This document shows, in pieces, positions 1 to 14,000 of a stretch of 64,000 nt of DNA (the stretch's first letter is position 1; the number at the start of each line of letters is the position of its first letter). The notes under the pieces are model-generated. The model did not search any database. It had not been told where the DNA came from and was given only the letters and a program-made list of their open reading frames with translations. This DNA comes from Azolla caroliniana (Eukaryota; Plantae; Polypodiophyta), in the NCBI GenBank assembly GCA_043228905.1, contig JBHGNT010000021.1, positions 8,184,001-8,248,000 on the forward strand. Direction: 5' to 3'. A program made the translations under genes and the position numbers.

Positions 1-1160
1 CCTTCGGATCGGTTTCGAACTCCCGGTCCTTCCAGTGAGCTTCTTCGTCTAACAAGCTTGATTTTACCCTTGCTAGGGATAGGTGTTTCCCTTCTGACCT
101 GGAACTGCCCAAAGTGACAACTAGTGTTTCCCAACTATCTGGGAGGGAACCTAGCAACAACAACACGAGTACGTCATCAACTAGAGGTACTTCCAACGAG
201 TTTGTTTTGTTTATTAGCCCTTGGAAGGCATCCATGTGCGCTGCCATACTGGATCCGTCTTGGTATCAAAGTCTCACTAACTTCCAGAATACGGAGACCC
301 CATTCACAACATTTTTGCTCTCCATCATGGTACCAAATTTCTCCCAAAGCACGTCAACCTTACTCTCTTCATTAACGTTGTTGTATAGGCTCATGTTGAT
401 GAAGCATCGAATGTATGCCATCATCTTCATTTGCATCACCTCCCAAATCGCGACATCGATTTTATCTGGTCTTTTGTCTTCAAACTGTACTGGAAGCTAG
501 AGATCTTTGACCACCAACATGTCCCTCACCTTCGACTTCTACATTGGGTAGTTGGAGCTGGTTAGCTTGAACATGCTGCCAAATGGATCTTCCAATTTTT
601 GTTATTGTTCGCTCTGATACCAGTTTGTGTGGAATAGTGCTTGGCCACAACCGAGTCTTAAACACTCTATGGAAGAAACAAAACAGAAATGAAGATTAAT
701 GCACTTTAACAGAACGAGACGACACTAGATGTTAATGTGGAAAACCCTAATCGGGAAAAACCACGGGAGCCCATAGACTCCAACTATCATTATGAGAGAA
801 AGGGTACAATTAGAGACTAATGGACAATGACCTCGAGTTCTATCTTCGCCTACCGGAGGTTACAACAAAAAGCTTTCTGTATCTCTCTATACAACAAGAA
901 TAACTACACTGTTGAACATTGTTGCCCTAGTTATATTTATACTTATATAACTTTAGGACTATTTACAAATATGACGTGAAACAATCACATCAGAACATAT
1001 ACATAAATTAATGTCTAACCGCATACCAAAACCGGATCCATCCAATCCATTTTCCAGATATCTTTCGGATCCATTCGGTCTGGTTCTTTCCTTCGGCTCG
1101 TTCGATCCGACTTGTCAGATTCTCATCCGGATCCCATCCGGAGGGACTGAATTGCCAACA
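1..1160 (-). mobile_element. Ty1/copia element A (Tnt1/Tork-like gag), 5' part: 5' LTR 626-1160, PBS 611-622, decayed gag running off the left edge
   Basis: The reverse strand reads TGGTATCAGAGC (tRNA-iMet PBS), then MFKLTSSNY..LLLLGSLPDSWETLV with internal stops. The LTR end cccatccggagg..ccaaca is shared with the copy at 28639-29193. Confidence 0.8.
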
Positions 1161-3429
1161 ATTCAGACGGTATCCAGGTATCTCTTGTACTCCCCCTCAA
1201 GCTTGGCAAGTCAGGGATTATCAATCCAAGGTCTGACATGAATTGCTGAAGCTTGTTGGCTCCTGGGGCTTTGGTGAAGATGTCGTCTATCTGAAGATTT
1301 ATGTTGATATGTTGAAGGTTGACATCTCCAGCCTGAACGCGGTCTGGGATGAAGTGGTAGTGCAATTCGATATTCTTTGTGCATGCGTGGAACACCTGGT
1401 TCCGAGCCATATAAATACTGCTCATGTTGTCTTAGTAAAGGGGAGTAAGATCCTTGATGGGAATGCCTAGATCCTTTGAAATCCTCTTGCGCCAGACGAC
1501 TTCACATGCAACCACAACTGTGCCCCTGTATTCAGCCTCTTTGCTCGGAAGTGCAACAATCGGCTGCTTCTTGCTACTCTAGCCTGATATTGCCCTGCTG
1601 CCAAGGGAGAAAACAAATACGGAGTTCAATCGTCGATCGGCTCTATAGCCGGCCCAGTTGGCATCTGTGTACCCTTCAAGTCGAATTGACATTGCCGTCT
1701 TGTAGAGGATGCCACAATCCATTGTGCCGCTCTCGCATTGTAATACTTGTTTGGCGCAATCCAAGTGAATGTCACATGGTTTTTGCATGAATTGGTTAAG
1801 GAGACCGACCGGGTAGCTGAGGTCGGCACGAGTGATTGTGAGATAGATGAGGCTCCCGTTCAGTTGTCGATACTGAGTCAACTCACACTCTTCTGTGAGT
1901 AGCGTGGCTTCTTTATAGGCATACTACTTTTGGATGGGTGCTCGATTCGAAGTTGGGTGGTTGTACCATGTACACGTCCTCTTTAATTCTCCTTGAAGAA
2001 AGGCATTCTTGACGTCTATTTGATGGAGGTGTCACACTTTCGCTACCGCGAGTGCAATCATAGTTCAAACAATCGTCATCTTTGCCATCGGGGCAAAGGG
2101 CTCTTCATGTTAGAACCAAGAATAAAAGATAAAGTGATGGAAGAAGGATATAAGACAACACGAGAAGAAAGGAACGAAATGCTAAGAGAAGAATGGGTGT
2201 ATTAAGATAGAGAAAGAAAGAGAATGGATACAAGATATGTAATGAGAGCTAAAGAGTGGTGTTGATTCGAATTGATTTGAGAATACCTGTATGCTCTTAT
2301 TTATAGGTTCCTATAGAATAGCTTAGATATTTCTATAATGTTCTAGAATGATCTAGAGTTTTTACAATAATCAATGTAATACAAAAAGTAGATTTTATCT
2401 TCTTATATGACAATAAGCTATCTTAATGGTTGAGGTTTTCAATTATAGATTACAAGGTTCGAGGTTCAAGTTCGGGTGATGCCATAATGGTCATGTGTTT
2501 ATGACACTTCATAGTCGACTCCATGTGTTTCTGCGTATCCTTTCGCTACGAGTCAGGCTTTGTAGTGGTTGGCAAATCCATCAGCAATCGATCGCCTTTT
2601 CTTGTGGCGAGTGGGGAACGAGATATGGTCTGGTCGCTCGGGGGTTCTTGTAGTCCATTGAGCATGGTCGTGATCGAACTTTCTTCGAACATATGCCTTA
2701 CTTGATCTTCTTCTTCTATCTCTTGGTTGGCCAAGTTCGGGTCAATTGGAAATGATTCAGGAGGAGTCGGCTCCAGTTCATACCATGATGCCGATTCGTC
2801 AAAGACAACATCCGACTTACACGAACCTTCCGAGTAGAGGGGTTGAAGCACTTGTACCCCTTTTGCTCCAGTGAGTACCCTACGACGATACACTTCGCCG
2901 ACTTGGGATATAGAATTTTCCAGTTTTCGTCGGGGATGTGCATGTATGCAATTGAGCCGAATATCCTAACATGGGGTAGGTCTGGCTTCTATTCATAATA
3001 CTTCTTGTAAGGGGTAAGTTTGTGCACTCCGGATGTTGTGCACATGTTCATGAGGTAGACAACAATATTTGTTGCTTCTGCCCAATATGACTCGGCATGG
3101 CCCTTGCCACTTCAGTAATGTGCTAGTTCTTGCGTTCGGCTACACTATTCTATTGCGGTGTTTGTCGGCAAGTGAATTCTCGCTGAATTCCTTCTTGTCG
3201 AAGGTATGTCGTGAATGCATTGGAGAAGTATTCCTTTCCTCCGTCCGACTGAAGACATCGTACATGGTGGCCAGTTGTGTTTTTGACTTCGCTTTTGAAT
3301 TTTTGGAAGTGTGTAAACACTTCGCTCTTCGTCCTCATGGGAAAGATCCATGTGCATCTAGAGAAGTCGTCGATGAAGGTAACATATTACCGACATCCGT
3401 TGAATGTGGCAGTCTATGTTGGTCCCCAT
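1161..3429 (-). mobile_element. Decayed Ty1/copia pol (integrase, partial RT, RNase H), element B1
   Basis: YVTFIDDF, CLQSDGGKEY, GYKCFNP, GVDYEEPFAPMAK (rejoined across a solo LTR), GSLIYLTITRADL, KNIELHYHF. Confidence 0.88.
2108..2506 (-). mobile_element. Solo LTR (399 bp) inserted in the RT of B1
   Basis: TG..CA termini, 5-bp TSD CTTCA (2103-2107, 2507-2511); removing it restores the RT motif; minus-strand TATAAATA near 2300. Confidence 0.9.
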
Positions 3430-3753
3430 TGTCAAAGTAAATATGCGGAAGCTTTAACAAACCGGTTTATCTTATCAACAATAGAAAATCAGAGAAAGAA
3501 GGTTCAATGGAAGCTTAAGAACAGAGAATACATAGGAGAGATAGAGAGAGTAGGAAGCTGTTATGTACACATAACGTTGGTGAGGGTAGGTCACTAATAT
3601 TTACATTAGTGAAGGGTATGTTCACTAATGTTAAAAAGGGGTTAATGTGATTGGATAGAAGGAATGATAGGTGCATGCACTATCATGATTTGGGCAACCA
3701 ATGAATGGAGACTATTTTAGAAAGGCACATCTATTCAAGGGGCCTAGGAAAAG

Positions 3754-6700
3754 TGTTGAGATACAAGCTCAACATTGGCCGGATCGGTTGAGCAAGCCGA
3801 GGACCGGATCGGTTGGGACCGATCGGTTAGGCCGGACTGTTGCGTAAAATGGATGCGTAAACTGGTACGCAAACCGGTGCGTAGGAAGGCCGTATCGGTG
3901 CGTAAACCGAAAGGCCGTTAGAAAGATATTCCTCGTAAGGAATAGTTTTGGGAGTAAGAGTCGAGGCTCATTTATGAGCAGTCAAGTATTGTCAGTACTT
4001 GTGTCAGCCCGATTGTTAGGGCTTGTATAAAAGTGCTCACTGAGCACATCCTATGTACAGATTGAGTATTATCTTTTTGAACTAAGTTCTTGTGTTTACT
4101 CTCTGTCTCTCCCATGTGTGCTGTGCAAACCTAACCTTTCCATTAAACCTGTGTTTTCTGTTGTTCTGTTCTCTATATTGCTTCCGCACGCAATTCTTTT
4201 CATGGTATCAGAGCGCGATGGTTGAGAACCTCTGCAACCGACATAGCTTGAAAGAAAATCCAAAACCGATGGACAGAGGCATGGCTAGCTCGCTTCCGAC
4301 GGAGAAGCTCGAAAGAAACAACTACGCGTCTTGGTCTTACAAGATGCACCAGTACCTGCTCGGACACGGTTACTGGAGCTATGTCCATGGAGCAAAGACT
4401 TCCTGGTGTGGGAACAATCGGCGAACAGAGTGTTGTACTGTTTCGCGTCTTGTGTGGGTGAACAGCTATTAAGCTACGTTCGGGATGCAAAAACGCCGAA
4501 GGGTGCGTGCAAAAATCTGAAGAAGATTTTCGCTACGAGCACCACAGCCAGGAAGCTTCAGCTCCAACAGGAGTTGAGCGACCTACGACAACGCGATTTG
4601 TCGGTGGCTGACTATACCTCGAGGATTAAGGACCTATACAACTCCTTAGCCTCCATCGATGTGAACATCGAGGAAAGTGAGATGGTCCAGGTCTATCTCG
4701 GGGGTTTGGCATCGAAGTTCGGGGCGTTCCGAACTGCTGTGTGTACCCGGGACAATACACCGTCCTTTTTCGACTTACAGTCGATACTCTTGGTAGAGGA
4801 GAACCACGCGGGTGCGTCAACGAGCACACACACTGACAGCAAGATGTTGTACATGGAGGGAGATAGGCCCCGTGGTCGTGGCGGACGAGGCGAGTCGATA
4901 CGCAATGGAGGCGGCCGATGGGATCAAGGAAGAAGGCACCGAAGTGATGCCGACAGCAATTCCAGACCCTCCGGAAATAGGGGGAGTCGAGGCGACGAGA
5001 ACCGGCACGGGAAATCCATCGCGGAATGCTGGTACTATGGCAAGAAAGGACACAGGGAGAGCAAGTGCTGGAAAAAGCGCGCCGATTCGGAGAGAACCGG
5101 GTCCGGACAGACCGACAAAGGAAATCGGCAACGATCGCACTACGCTGAAGGATCCGGAGAAGCCAGAAAAGGGTCAGTCTTCGTGACGAGACACGAAGCA
5201 AACTCAATGAAGCAGAACACCCCGAAATCGGACGAGGTGTGGTACGTCAACTCTGGCGCGTCAAATCACATGACGAGCCATAAGGAGTGGTTCTCGTACC
5301 TTGAGAAACCGACACAACCTGGAGTAGTCGCAACCGGAGTCGACACTTTGCATCTGATCGCAAATATCGGTGAAGTTCCCTTGAGCCATGTCGGGCAGAA
5401 AGGGAAACTCATAAACGTGCTACACGTTTCGACAATCACGAAGAACTTGGTGTCGGTCGGGCAAATCGTAGACCAGGGGATGGAGGTTTGGTTTACACAC
5501 CTTGGGTGCTTCATTGAGGAAGAAGGCCGTGTTATTGCGCAAGGACTCTACTGACGGTGGCACGCAATGTTCGCGAAGGGACAAAAAGTCGAGTCGAACA
5601 TCGACTTATGGAACAAGCGGATAGGCCACATCAACTACCAACGGCTTCAAGACCTGCAATCGAAACAAGTGGTGTTCGGATTGCCCAAATTTAGTGGCCG
5701 GAAGGCACAAATTTGTGAAGCCTGCCAGTTTGGGAGCCGGAACAAGCTCGACGTGATACACTCCGATGTGTGGGGGCCGGCACAAAACGTTAGTCTTGGC
5801 GGGAGCCGATACTTCGTCTCCTTCATCGACGACTACACGCGACACACGTGGATCCACCTCATTGAGAGCAAGAGCGAAGTCTTTGACTATTTCCGGGACC
5901 TCAAAGGGTTCGTGGAAATGAAAACAGGTAGAAAGATCAAGTGCTTGTGGTCGGATGGCGGAAAAGAATACTTTTCCGGTCAATTCAACGGTTATCTACA
6001 ACATATGGGAATTCGGCGCGAATTCAGTTGTAGATACACGCCGGAGCAAAACGGCGTGGCCGAGAGGAAAAATCGGTCGGTTGTGGAAGCGGCGCGGACA
6101 ATGTTGGAAGAAAAGATCTTGCCCAAGTTCTATTGGGCCAAGGCGGTACGAACCACGGTATACATCCAGAATCGGATCAGAGATAAAGTGTCGGTGCATG
6201 AGCTATATTTCGGAACAAAGCGGAACTTGCGACACTTACGAGTTTTAAGTAGCATTGCGTATGTGCATGTGCCGAAGGAGAAAAGGAGGAAGTTGGACAC
6301 GAAAGCCGAGAAGTGTATCTTGGTCGGCTATTCGGATGAGCAGAAGGGTTATAAGTGCTATAACCCGCGTACCAAACAAGCGCGCGTGAGCTGCGACGTT
6401 GTGTTTGATGAGTCCGCGTCCTGGTACTTGCCTCCGACTCCAGACCTCACCTCCGACTGTAAGTCCGTCTTGACTCCTCTGGATAGAACCGTCAAGCTTT
6501 GCCCCAATTCCGGCAAGGTATGCGACCCGACAAGGTTCCGATAGATTGTCGGAAGCCTTATTTACTTGACAATCACCCGACCTGATCTCAGTTATCCGGT
6601 CGGGGTGATCAGTCAGTTCATGGCGCGACCTACCGAGGAGTACCTTCAGTGTGCGCAACGCCTACTGCGGTACGTAAGCAGCACTAAGGACTGGGGAATG

Positions 6701-8137
6701 CTATATCGGACCGGTACAGCCTTGTAGTTGGTCGGCTACACCGATGTTGATTGGGCCGGCAATCCCGCCGATCACCGATCCACGTCCAGGTATGCGTTCT
6801 CTCTTGGGAGTGCCGCGGTAGCGTGGAGTAGTAAGAAGCAGTTGACAATTGCACTGTCGAGCACCGAAGCCGAGTATAGAGGAGCGGCTGTCGCGACATG
6901 CGAAACCATATGGTTGAAGCGGCTACTTAAGGCTTTGCAGGTGGAGGTGTCCAATCCTACGACGATCTACTGCGAGAACCTCAGCAACATCCAGCTCGCG
7001 AAGAACCCCGTTTTCCACACACGGACCAAGCACATTGAGGTGCACCACCATTTTGTCCATGTGCGTGTCCTTTCTGGTGAAGTCGACGGATCGACAAACT
7101 GCTGACATCTTCACGAAGCCCCTTGGTCTGGACAAGTTGCGGCAATTCTCGGATGCACTTGGGTTGTGTCACCTCAAGAGACATCCTGAATGACCATGGA
7201 AGGAAGCAGGAAAGGAGCAGAGAAGACCGCGGTGCCGAATCGGATGACGAATTCGATTTCGGATCGGCTGAAGAAGCTGAGGGTAGATCTGCGGAAGAAT
7301 CCCGAAGCGGACATAAGGGGAGCAACCGAAAGGAAGAGTCGAAGTCAACCAGGCATGAGGGAGATGACGTCGTCAAGGGTGAGAAGACCGAAGACGAGTT
7401 GGAGATAGCCAACTCGGACGAGAGCGAAAACCGATCGGGGGTAGCCGAGTCGGTTCGGATGTTTGATTCGGATGCACTGAATCAACCAAGGACCAAGCGG
7501 AGAAGAAGGCAGCAGGAGAAGCGCCAACATCGCGACGACAAGGAAGCTATGAAGTGCCGTGGGAGCAGACAAGCCGATCGGAAGGGTCGAAGCGCGCGGA
7601 GTCGAACAGGCCGAGGAGCACGAGCGAGCGTGGATCCAGGAGGAACTGGAGCGGTGATCCGGAAGATCCGGAAGAGCCTCAAGTTCAGCTTGAGGGGGAG
7701 TGTTGAGAGACAAGCTCAACATCGGCCGGATCGGTTGAGCAAGCCGAGGACCGGATCGGTTGGGACCGATCGGTTAGGCCGAACCGTTGCGTAAACCGGT
7801 ACGCAAACCGGTGCGTAGGAAGGCCGTATCGGTGTGTAAACCGAAAGGCCGTTAGAAAGATATTCCTCGTAAGGAATAGTTTTGGGAGTAAGAGTCGAGG
7901 CTCATTTATGAGCAGTCAAGTACTGTCAGTACTTGTGTCAGCCCGATTGTCAGGGCTTGTATAAAAGTACTCACTGAGCACATCCTATGTACAGATTGAG
8001 TATTATCTTTTTGAACTAAGTTCTTGTGTTTACTCTCTCTCTCTCTGTCTCTTCCGTGTGTACTGTGCAAACCTAAGCTTTCCATTAAACCTGCGTTTTC
8101 TGTTGTTCGGTTCTCTATATTGCTTCCGCAGTTTTCA
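3754..8137 (+). mobile_element. Ty1/copia element with both LTRs (3754-4202, 7701-8137), non-autonomous with most of RT deleted
   Basis: TSD AAAAG (3749-3753, 8138-8142); PBS 4203-4214; gag with degenerate zinc knuckle, protease WYVNSGASNHM, integrase HSDVWGP/SDGGKEY/NGVAERKN, RNase H; PPT TTGAGGGGGAG 7690-7700. Confidence 0.93.
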
Positions 8138-9964
8138 AAAAGGTATAAATATGAGGCTTAGCTACCCTCATAAGCGCATTACATCGGAAGGTTGCTATCT
8201 TAGACACCGGTGGTGCGGGCTAGGCTTTCTTCTCGACGATCGTGTTTATCTCTTCCACGGTATTAGTCATCCTAATATCCGGCGGTATGGGACGTCAGTG
8301 GTAGGTTGGCTATGTCTAGATCATAGCTCGGGGGTGCTCGGGTGGAACGGGTTCTTCTATTGAATCGATTTTCCTTCTTTTACTTTACTTTGGTCTATTG
8401 ATTAGTAATAGACTCTGAACAGTGGTATCAGAGCATTTACTAACATTTTTTCTTTTGTTGTTTTGATGTTTTTTGTGTGTGAGAGATGGGGATCTAACAT
8501 GGCTTGTCTTGCTCTTTGTAGGATCAAAACAACATTCTTAACCCGATATTCTTCTTTCTCGATCTCTCTTTTCTTTTGTATGATGCGTTCTTCTTGGTCG
8601 AATCAAATTTGTATTATGTTTTATTTTCTTTCTTTCTACTTTCTACCATGCTACGATTTTAATTATTATTGTGCATCGGGCTAAGCGTGTTTGCACTAAT
8701 CACACACGCTCAACTCATGGCCCTTTTGCATATTGCGATGTATCTCCCACTCTCCCTTCTCTTGAGCCATCTCTTATGGTAATAATTATTCTTGTGCATC
8801 GGGTCCAGCGTGTTTGCCCTAATTGCACACGCTCACCTCATGACCCTTTTGCATATGATGTTGAGTATGGCACCCTTCCCTTTATTGAGCCATCACTTGG
8901 CCGATTCTATGGGATGTTGTGGTCTTAACAAGGTGTTTGTCGCCTACCTATGTCACTCTACTCTCTCTCTATTGAGCTATCACTTGGCCGATTCTATGGG
9001 ATGTGGTGGTCTTGAGGAGGTGCATGTCAATTACCCTTGGGTTTCTTACCTTAAGGTATGCCCAAACTAAAGTAAAAGAAGGAACATAGAATCTGATATT
9101 TTAGATCACCTTCGAGGGAAATACCTTGATGACAGTTATTTCTCAAAATATTGGGCGAAAGACGAATCTAGTTTAGATGCCGTTACTAGCACCCTACCCT
9201 CAAAGGCAACCTCACATTACAAATAGTTTGCTCTATCGTAGTGGAAAGGTCTATGTTCCAGATTTACCAAACGTAAACAAAAAATTCTTCATGAATGTCA
9301 TGATGCACCATTTGCGGGTCATCCTGGAATACAACACACAATCGTTCTCATCTCGAGTACTTTTTTCTGGCCTAAGATGCATTTTGACATGCATAAATAC
9401 GTAACTCAATGCTTACAATGTCCGATTAATAAGTTGGAACGACTTAAAGTTGCTGGTCTTTTACATCCCTTAGATATTCCCAACAAAAAATGGGAAAGTA
9501 TCTCAATGGATTTTATTGTTAGTTTACCTCGTACACCGAGGGGTCATGATGCCATTTGGGTTGTCGTTGATAGACTAACAAAATTGGCTAGATTTATTCC
9601 TACCAAAACCACGGTAATCGCTCAACAATTGGCTTATCAATTTGTGGATGAGTTATTTCGTTTTTATGGATTACCGATGGATATTGTTAGTGATCGAGAT
9701 TCCAAGTTTACTAGTGACTTTTGGACTCAAGTCTTCAAGAAACTAGAAACTACGTTGAGCATGAGTTCCCTAGATCATCCTCAGTCTAATGGACAAACCG
9801 AACGAGTTAATCAAATTATTGAGGACATGCTTCGAGCTTATGTAGCAAAAACCCCTTCTAATTGGGAGCAATACCTTCCTATCTTAGAATTTGCCTATAA
9901 TAGCTCTAAACATACATCCACTGGATATAGTCCTTTTATGTTGATGTATGGTTTTTAGCCACGT

Positions 9965-10373
9965 TGTCGTGAAGAATGTGCTTCACGATATAAAAATGAT
10001 CTTAAATATTGTATTTAATAATATTTGAGAGACTTGAACCCACATCCTTATATATGAAGTACAATGTACATACCACTAGGCTAGGCTATTTATTTGTAAA
10101 AGTTTGTAAAAAAATGTACTCCATGATATAAGAATGAAGCTATATATTGTATTGAGTAAAATAGCAAGACTTGAACTCTCAACCTTGTATATACCAAACA
10201 CAAAGCATACACCACTAAGCTAGGTTAGTTATTTTAGAATGCATTTTTCATCATTATACTTATCCCATAACTTTCTAACATCACCATACAAGCCTTATTA
10301 AAATTTAAGTTCCTTCAACTCCCCTTAACCTTAGTCCCTGCGACTTCGCCGCACGAACCACAACTACCCGACA
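9965..10373 (+). mobile_element. Solo LTR-like insert (409 bp), termini TGTCGTG..CCCGACA, 4-bp TSD
   Basis: TSD ACGT (9961-9964, 10374-10377); removal restores integrase F.PRALVDV. Confidence 0.88.
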
Positions 10374-11071
10374 ACGTGCCCTAGTCGATGTCACAATTTA
10401 TCGTGATACATTAGACAATACATGCAATTTTTTGCAAGACATGAACCAAATGTTGCATATTGCCAAAGAAAATGTCAAGACATCTCAAGAGAGACATCCT
10501 CGTGCATTTACTATTGGTCAAAAAGTTTTTTTGCATGTCTCGACTGACTCTACGTCATTGTCTATGGGCACGTGCGCAAAGTTAGCCCCACGATATTGTG
10601 GCACATTTGAAATCCGTAAGTGAGTTGGGTCATCTGCTTATTACCTTGCCTTACCCCGTAACGTTGGTATTCATCCTGTTTTCCACGTCAATCATCTAAA
10701 ACCATTTTTAGGCTCTGGTGATAACACCATCACAATCCAAGATCTTGTAACATTAGAGGATTTTTCTTACAAACTTCATGTTCCTAAATGAATTCTTGAT
10801 TCTCGTACTAAATGTTCTAAAGACATTCGGCTATTCAAGATGAAATGGATGGATAAACCTATTGATGATGCCACATGGGAAGGCAAGCATACTCGTAAGG
10901 CACAATTTCTTCACTTCATATTTCAAGAGTGCAATCTTTTAAAGTAGGGGAGTATGTTATGTACACATAATGTTGGTGAGGGTAGGTCACTAATATTTAC
11001 ATTAGTGAAGGGTATGTTTACTAATGTTAAAAAGGGGTTAATGTGATTGGATAGAAGGAATGATAGGTGCA

Positions 11072-14000
11072 TGTTATGATATGGCTAGACTTAAACCCAG
11101 GACCTTATGTTACATGGGTCAAGCTCTTGACCATTACACTATCTATTGTAATACATAGAATATTATTTTTATTTAAGTTTTACTATAGAAAATTAATGTA
11201 TATTCCAGATTTCTCTAGAACATTCTAGAAGCTTCAGAAGTACTCTTGAGAACACTATAAAAGGAGGCACAAGGCATTATTTCGAACCAAATCGGTTCAA
11301 TGCCAGTCTTAAGCCTCCTAGCCTTCCTTGTATATTCTTCTCACATAATATATCGTTTTCATCATCATTTTCTCTCCCTCTCCCTCTCTCTGTCTCTGTC
11401 TCTGTCTCTCTTCTCTCGAGTGTTCTAAACCATCTATTCCTCTTAGTACTAATATTCCTCTCTTAGTACTAATTTCTTCTTTGTCTCAGTACTATTCCTG
11501 ACAGTTTGAACTGATTTCCCTCCTTCTGTCTCCTCCTTTCCTCCTCTTTCTTTTATCTTCTTACATATCCCCTTTTTTCCCTCATCTTCTTACATATCCC
11601 CTTTTTTCCGGTCTTCTTTTCGGTTTCCCTCATCTTCTTACCCCTTTTTTCCCTTCATACTAATCCTCTTATCCTCCCTACTAAAATGGAAACTGTTAGC
11701 GCTCAGGAATACCAATCTGTTTTCTCGGCGCTCCAGTGCTTAAAAGAGAAATTTGTAGCACTGAAAAAAGAAAATCACCGTTTGTTGGGGGATCTTCAAC
11801 AAATAGCACTAGAAACACAACAACAACACGGGGAGCTGACGTTACTTGTACAACAACTTGAAGCAACTATATTGTATCACTACAACAACAAGGATCAAGC
11901 ACTCAAGGGATTCACAAAGAACCCAAGATCGGTCTTCCTGCAAAATTTGATGGGACCCGATCACAGTTTAGAGGTTTTCTGATTCAGGTACGTTTAGTGA
12001 TTCAAATGCATCGTTCTCGATATCCCACCGATGCATCACAAGTGGGACTAGTAGGCACTCTACTTAGTGGCTCAACATTGGCATGGTTTGCTCCATTGTT
12101 AGAAAAGGAATCTCCATAACTAAACAATTTTGAAGAATTTAAGGAATCTCCATAGAGTTTAAAGCCTGTTTTGGAGATACTGACAGCATAAGGACAACAA
12201 TCAACAAAATCCGACGATTATGCCAAGGTGATCGTCCAGCCTCTGCATACGTTGCAGATTTCCGCCTACTCGCCGCCGATATCCCTTGGGATGATCAAGC
12301 ATTGATGGAGCAATTTCATTATGGTTTACGCAACGATGTCAAGGATTTACTCTTGACCTTCCCCGAAGAACCAAAGCCATTAACAGAAGCAATCAATCGC
12401 GCGGTGAGATGCGACAACCGCCTTTTCGAACGACGTTCGGAACGGCAATTCCAGATGTCGAGGGCAAGATCAGAGCTCGCCTACGCCTCAGTGGTAGCGA
12501 AATCTTTTCCGAGGGAGTCATATAATGCATCTCCAGTGAATACTCCGACTCCGATGGAGATTCACACTACACGTTGTTGCGGACCATTATCGGAAGAAGA
12601 AAAGCAACGACGTCGAGCAAATCGACTATGTCTTTATTGCGATGGACCAGGGCGTATTGCAGTAAATTGTCCCCATAGGCCAAGAAGACAGGTAAACTAA
12701 ATAGTTGCTAGTTCTAATTGTACTAAACCCGAGTTTATTTCAGTAGGAATATCTGATAGTCCTAATAGTACTAATAACCCAAATCTAGCGAACAAATTTG
12801 ATGTCCTTAGTCAGTTAGAAGCAGAGTTAAATGAATAAGTCCAGCCAAAATAGGAGTTGTTTGGTTGGACAACCCTAGATTTGTGCAACCCATTAGTGGT
12901 TCCATTCCCTCTAAGCAAGTTAGAAACGTGTTCGTAGCCCAAGTAACACTTAATACTAAAAGTACCCCTCCAATACATGTCTTAGCACGTCTAGATTCCA
13001 GAGCTAATTATTGCTTCATGGATAGGAATTTTGCCCAAGCTCATCAAATATCTCTTAGAAAACTCATGTGTCCAGCCTCTGTAGTAGTCATTGATGGTCG
13101 TCCCATTGCTTCCGGAAATATCATAAGTGTCAGAGCTCGTTAATATTGTCCTAGATAATCTAGCGTGTGTAGTATCATTTAATATAATTAGTATCCCAGA
13201 ACATCCCATTGTTTTAGGATTACCATGGTTCGAATTACATAACCCAGACATAGATTGGAGAACAAGAGAAATCCAGTGTCGACAAGCCCGAGGATCTACT
13301 CATAAGATTGCAACCATTTCACTACATTAGTTGCACGAAGAAGGACGCAAGGAAGAAATGTTTCTCTTCGCAATATCATTAAAACCCTCCGACACCATTA
13401 AAGAGGAGTCCACCATTCAAGTTCCAACGAAGTATCATCCTTATGCCGATGTGTTTGATAAAGTACAAGCCAATACGCTTCCTCACCATTGACCGTATGA
13501 TTGCCCCATCGATTTACAACCGGGAAAAGAGACACCATGGGGACCGATCTACAATTTGTCACCAACCGAGCTAGAAGTCCTTCGAGCCTATATAGAGGAG
13601 AATTTGGAAAATAGTTTCATTCGGCATTCGAAATCTCCAGCCGGCACACCCATTTTCTTCGTCAAGAAAAAGGATGGATCACTTCGTCTCGTTGTAGATT
13701 ACCATGGCTTGAATCAGGTCACCATCAAAAATAGGTATGCACTTCCTCCTATCTCAAGTCTTTTAGAACGGATCAATGGTGCAAGGTTCTTCACAAAGAT
13801 CAACTTGCGAGGAGTGTATAACCTCGTACGGATCCGACTAGGAGATGAATGGAAGACTGCGTTTTGCACCAGATATGGGCACTTCGAGTATACGGTCATG
13901 CCGTTCGGCCTCACTAATGCGCCAACAGTCTTCCAGCACATGGCAAATGATATATTCCGAGATCTCTTGGATGTTTGTTTGATCATCTATTTGGATGATC

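Noticed and set aside
626-1200. Tandem copia elements sharing one LTR (PPT-LTR-PBS)
   Set aside because: Comparison with 28639-29193 ends the LTR at 1160. The PPT-like sequence near 1190 is not adjacent to it and belongs to B1.
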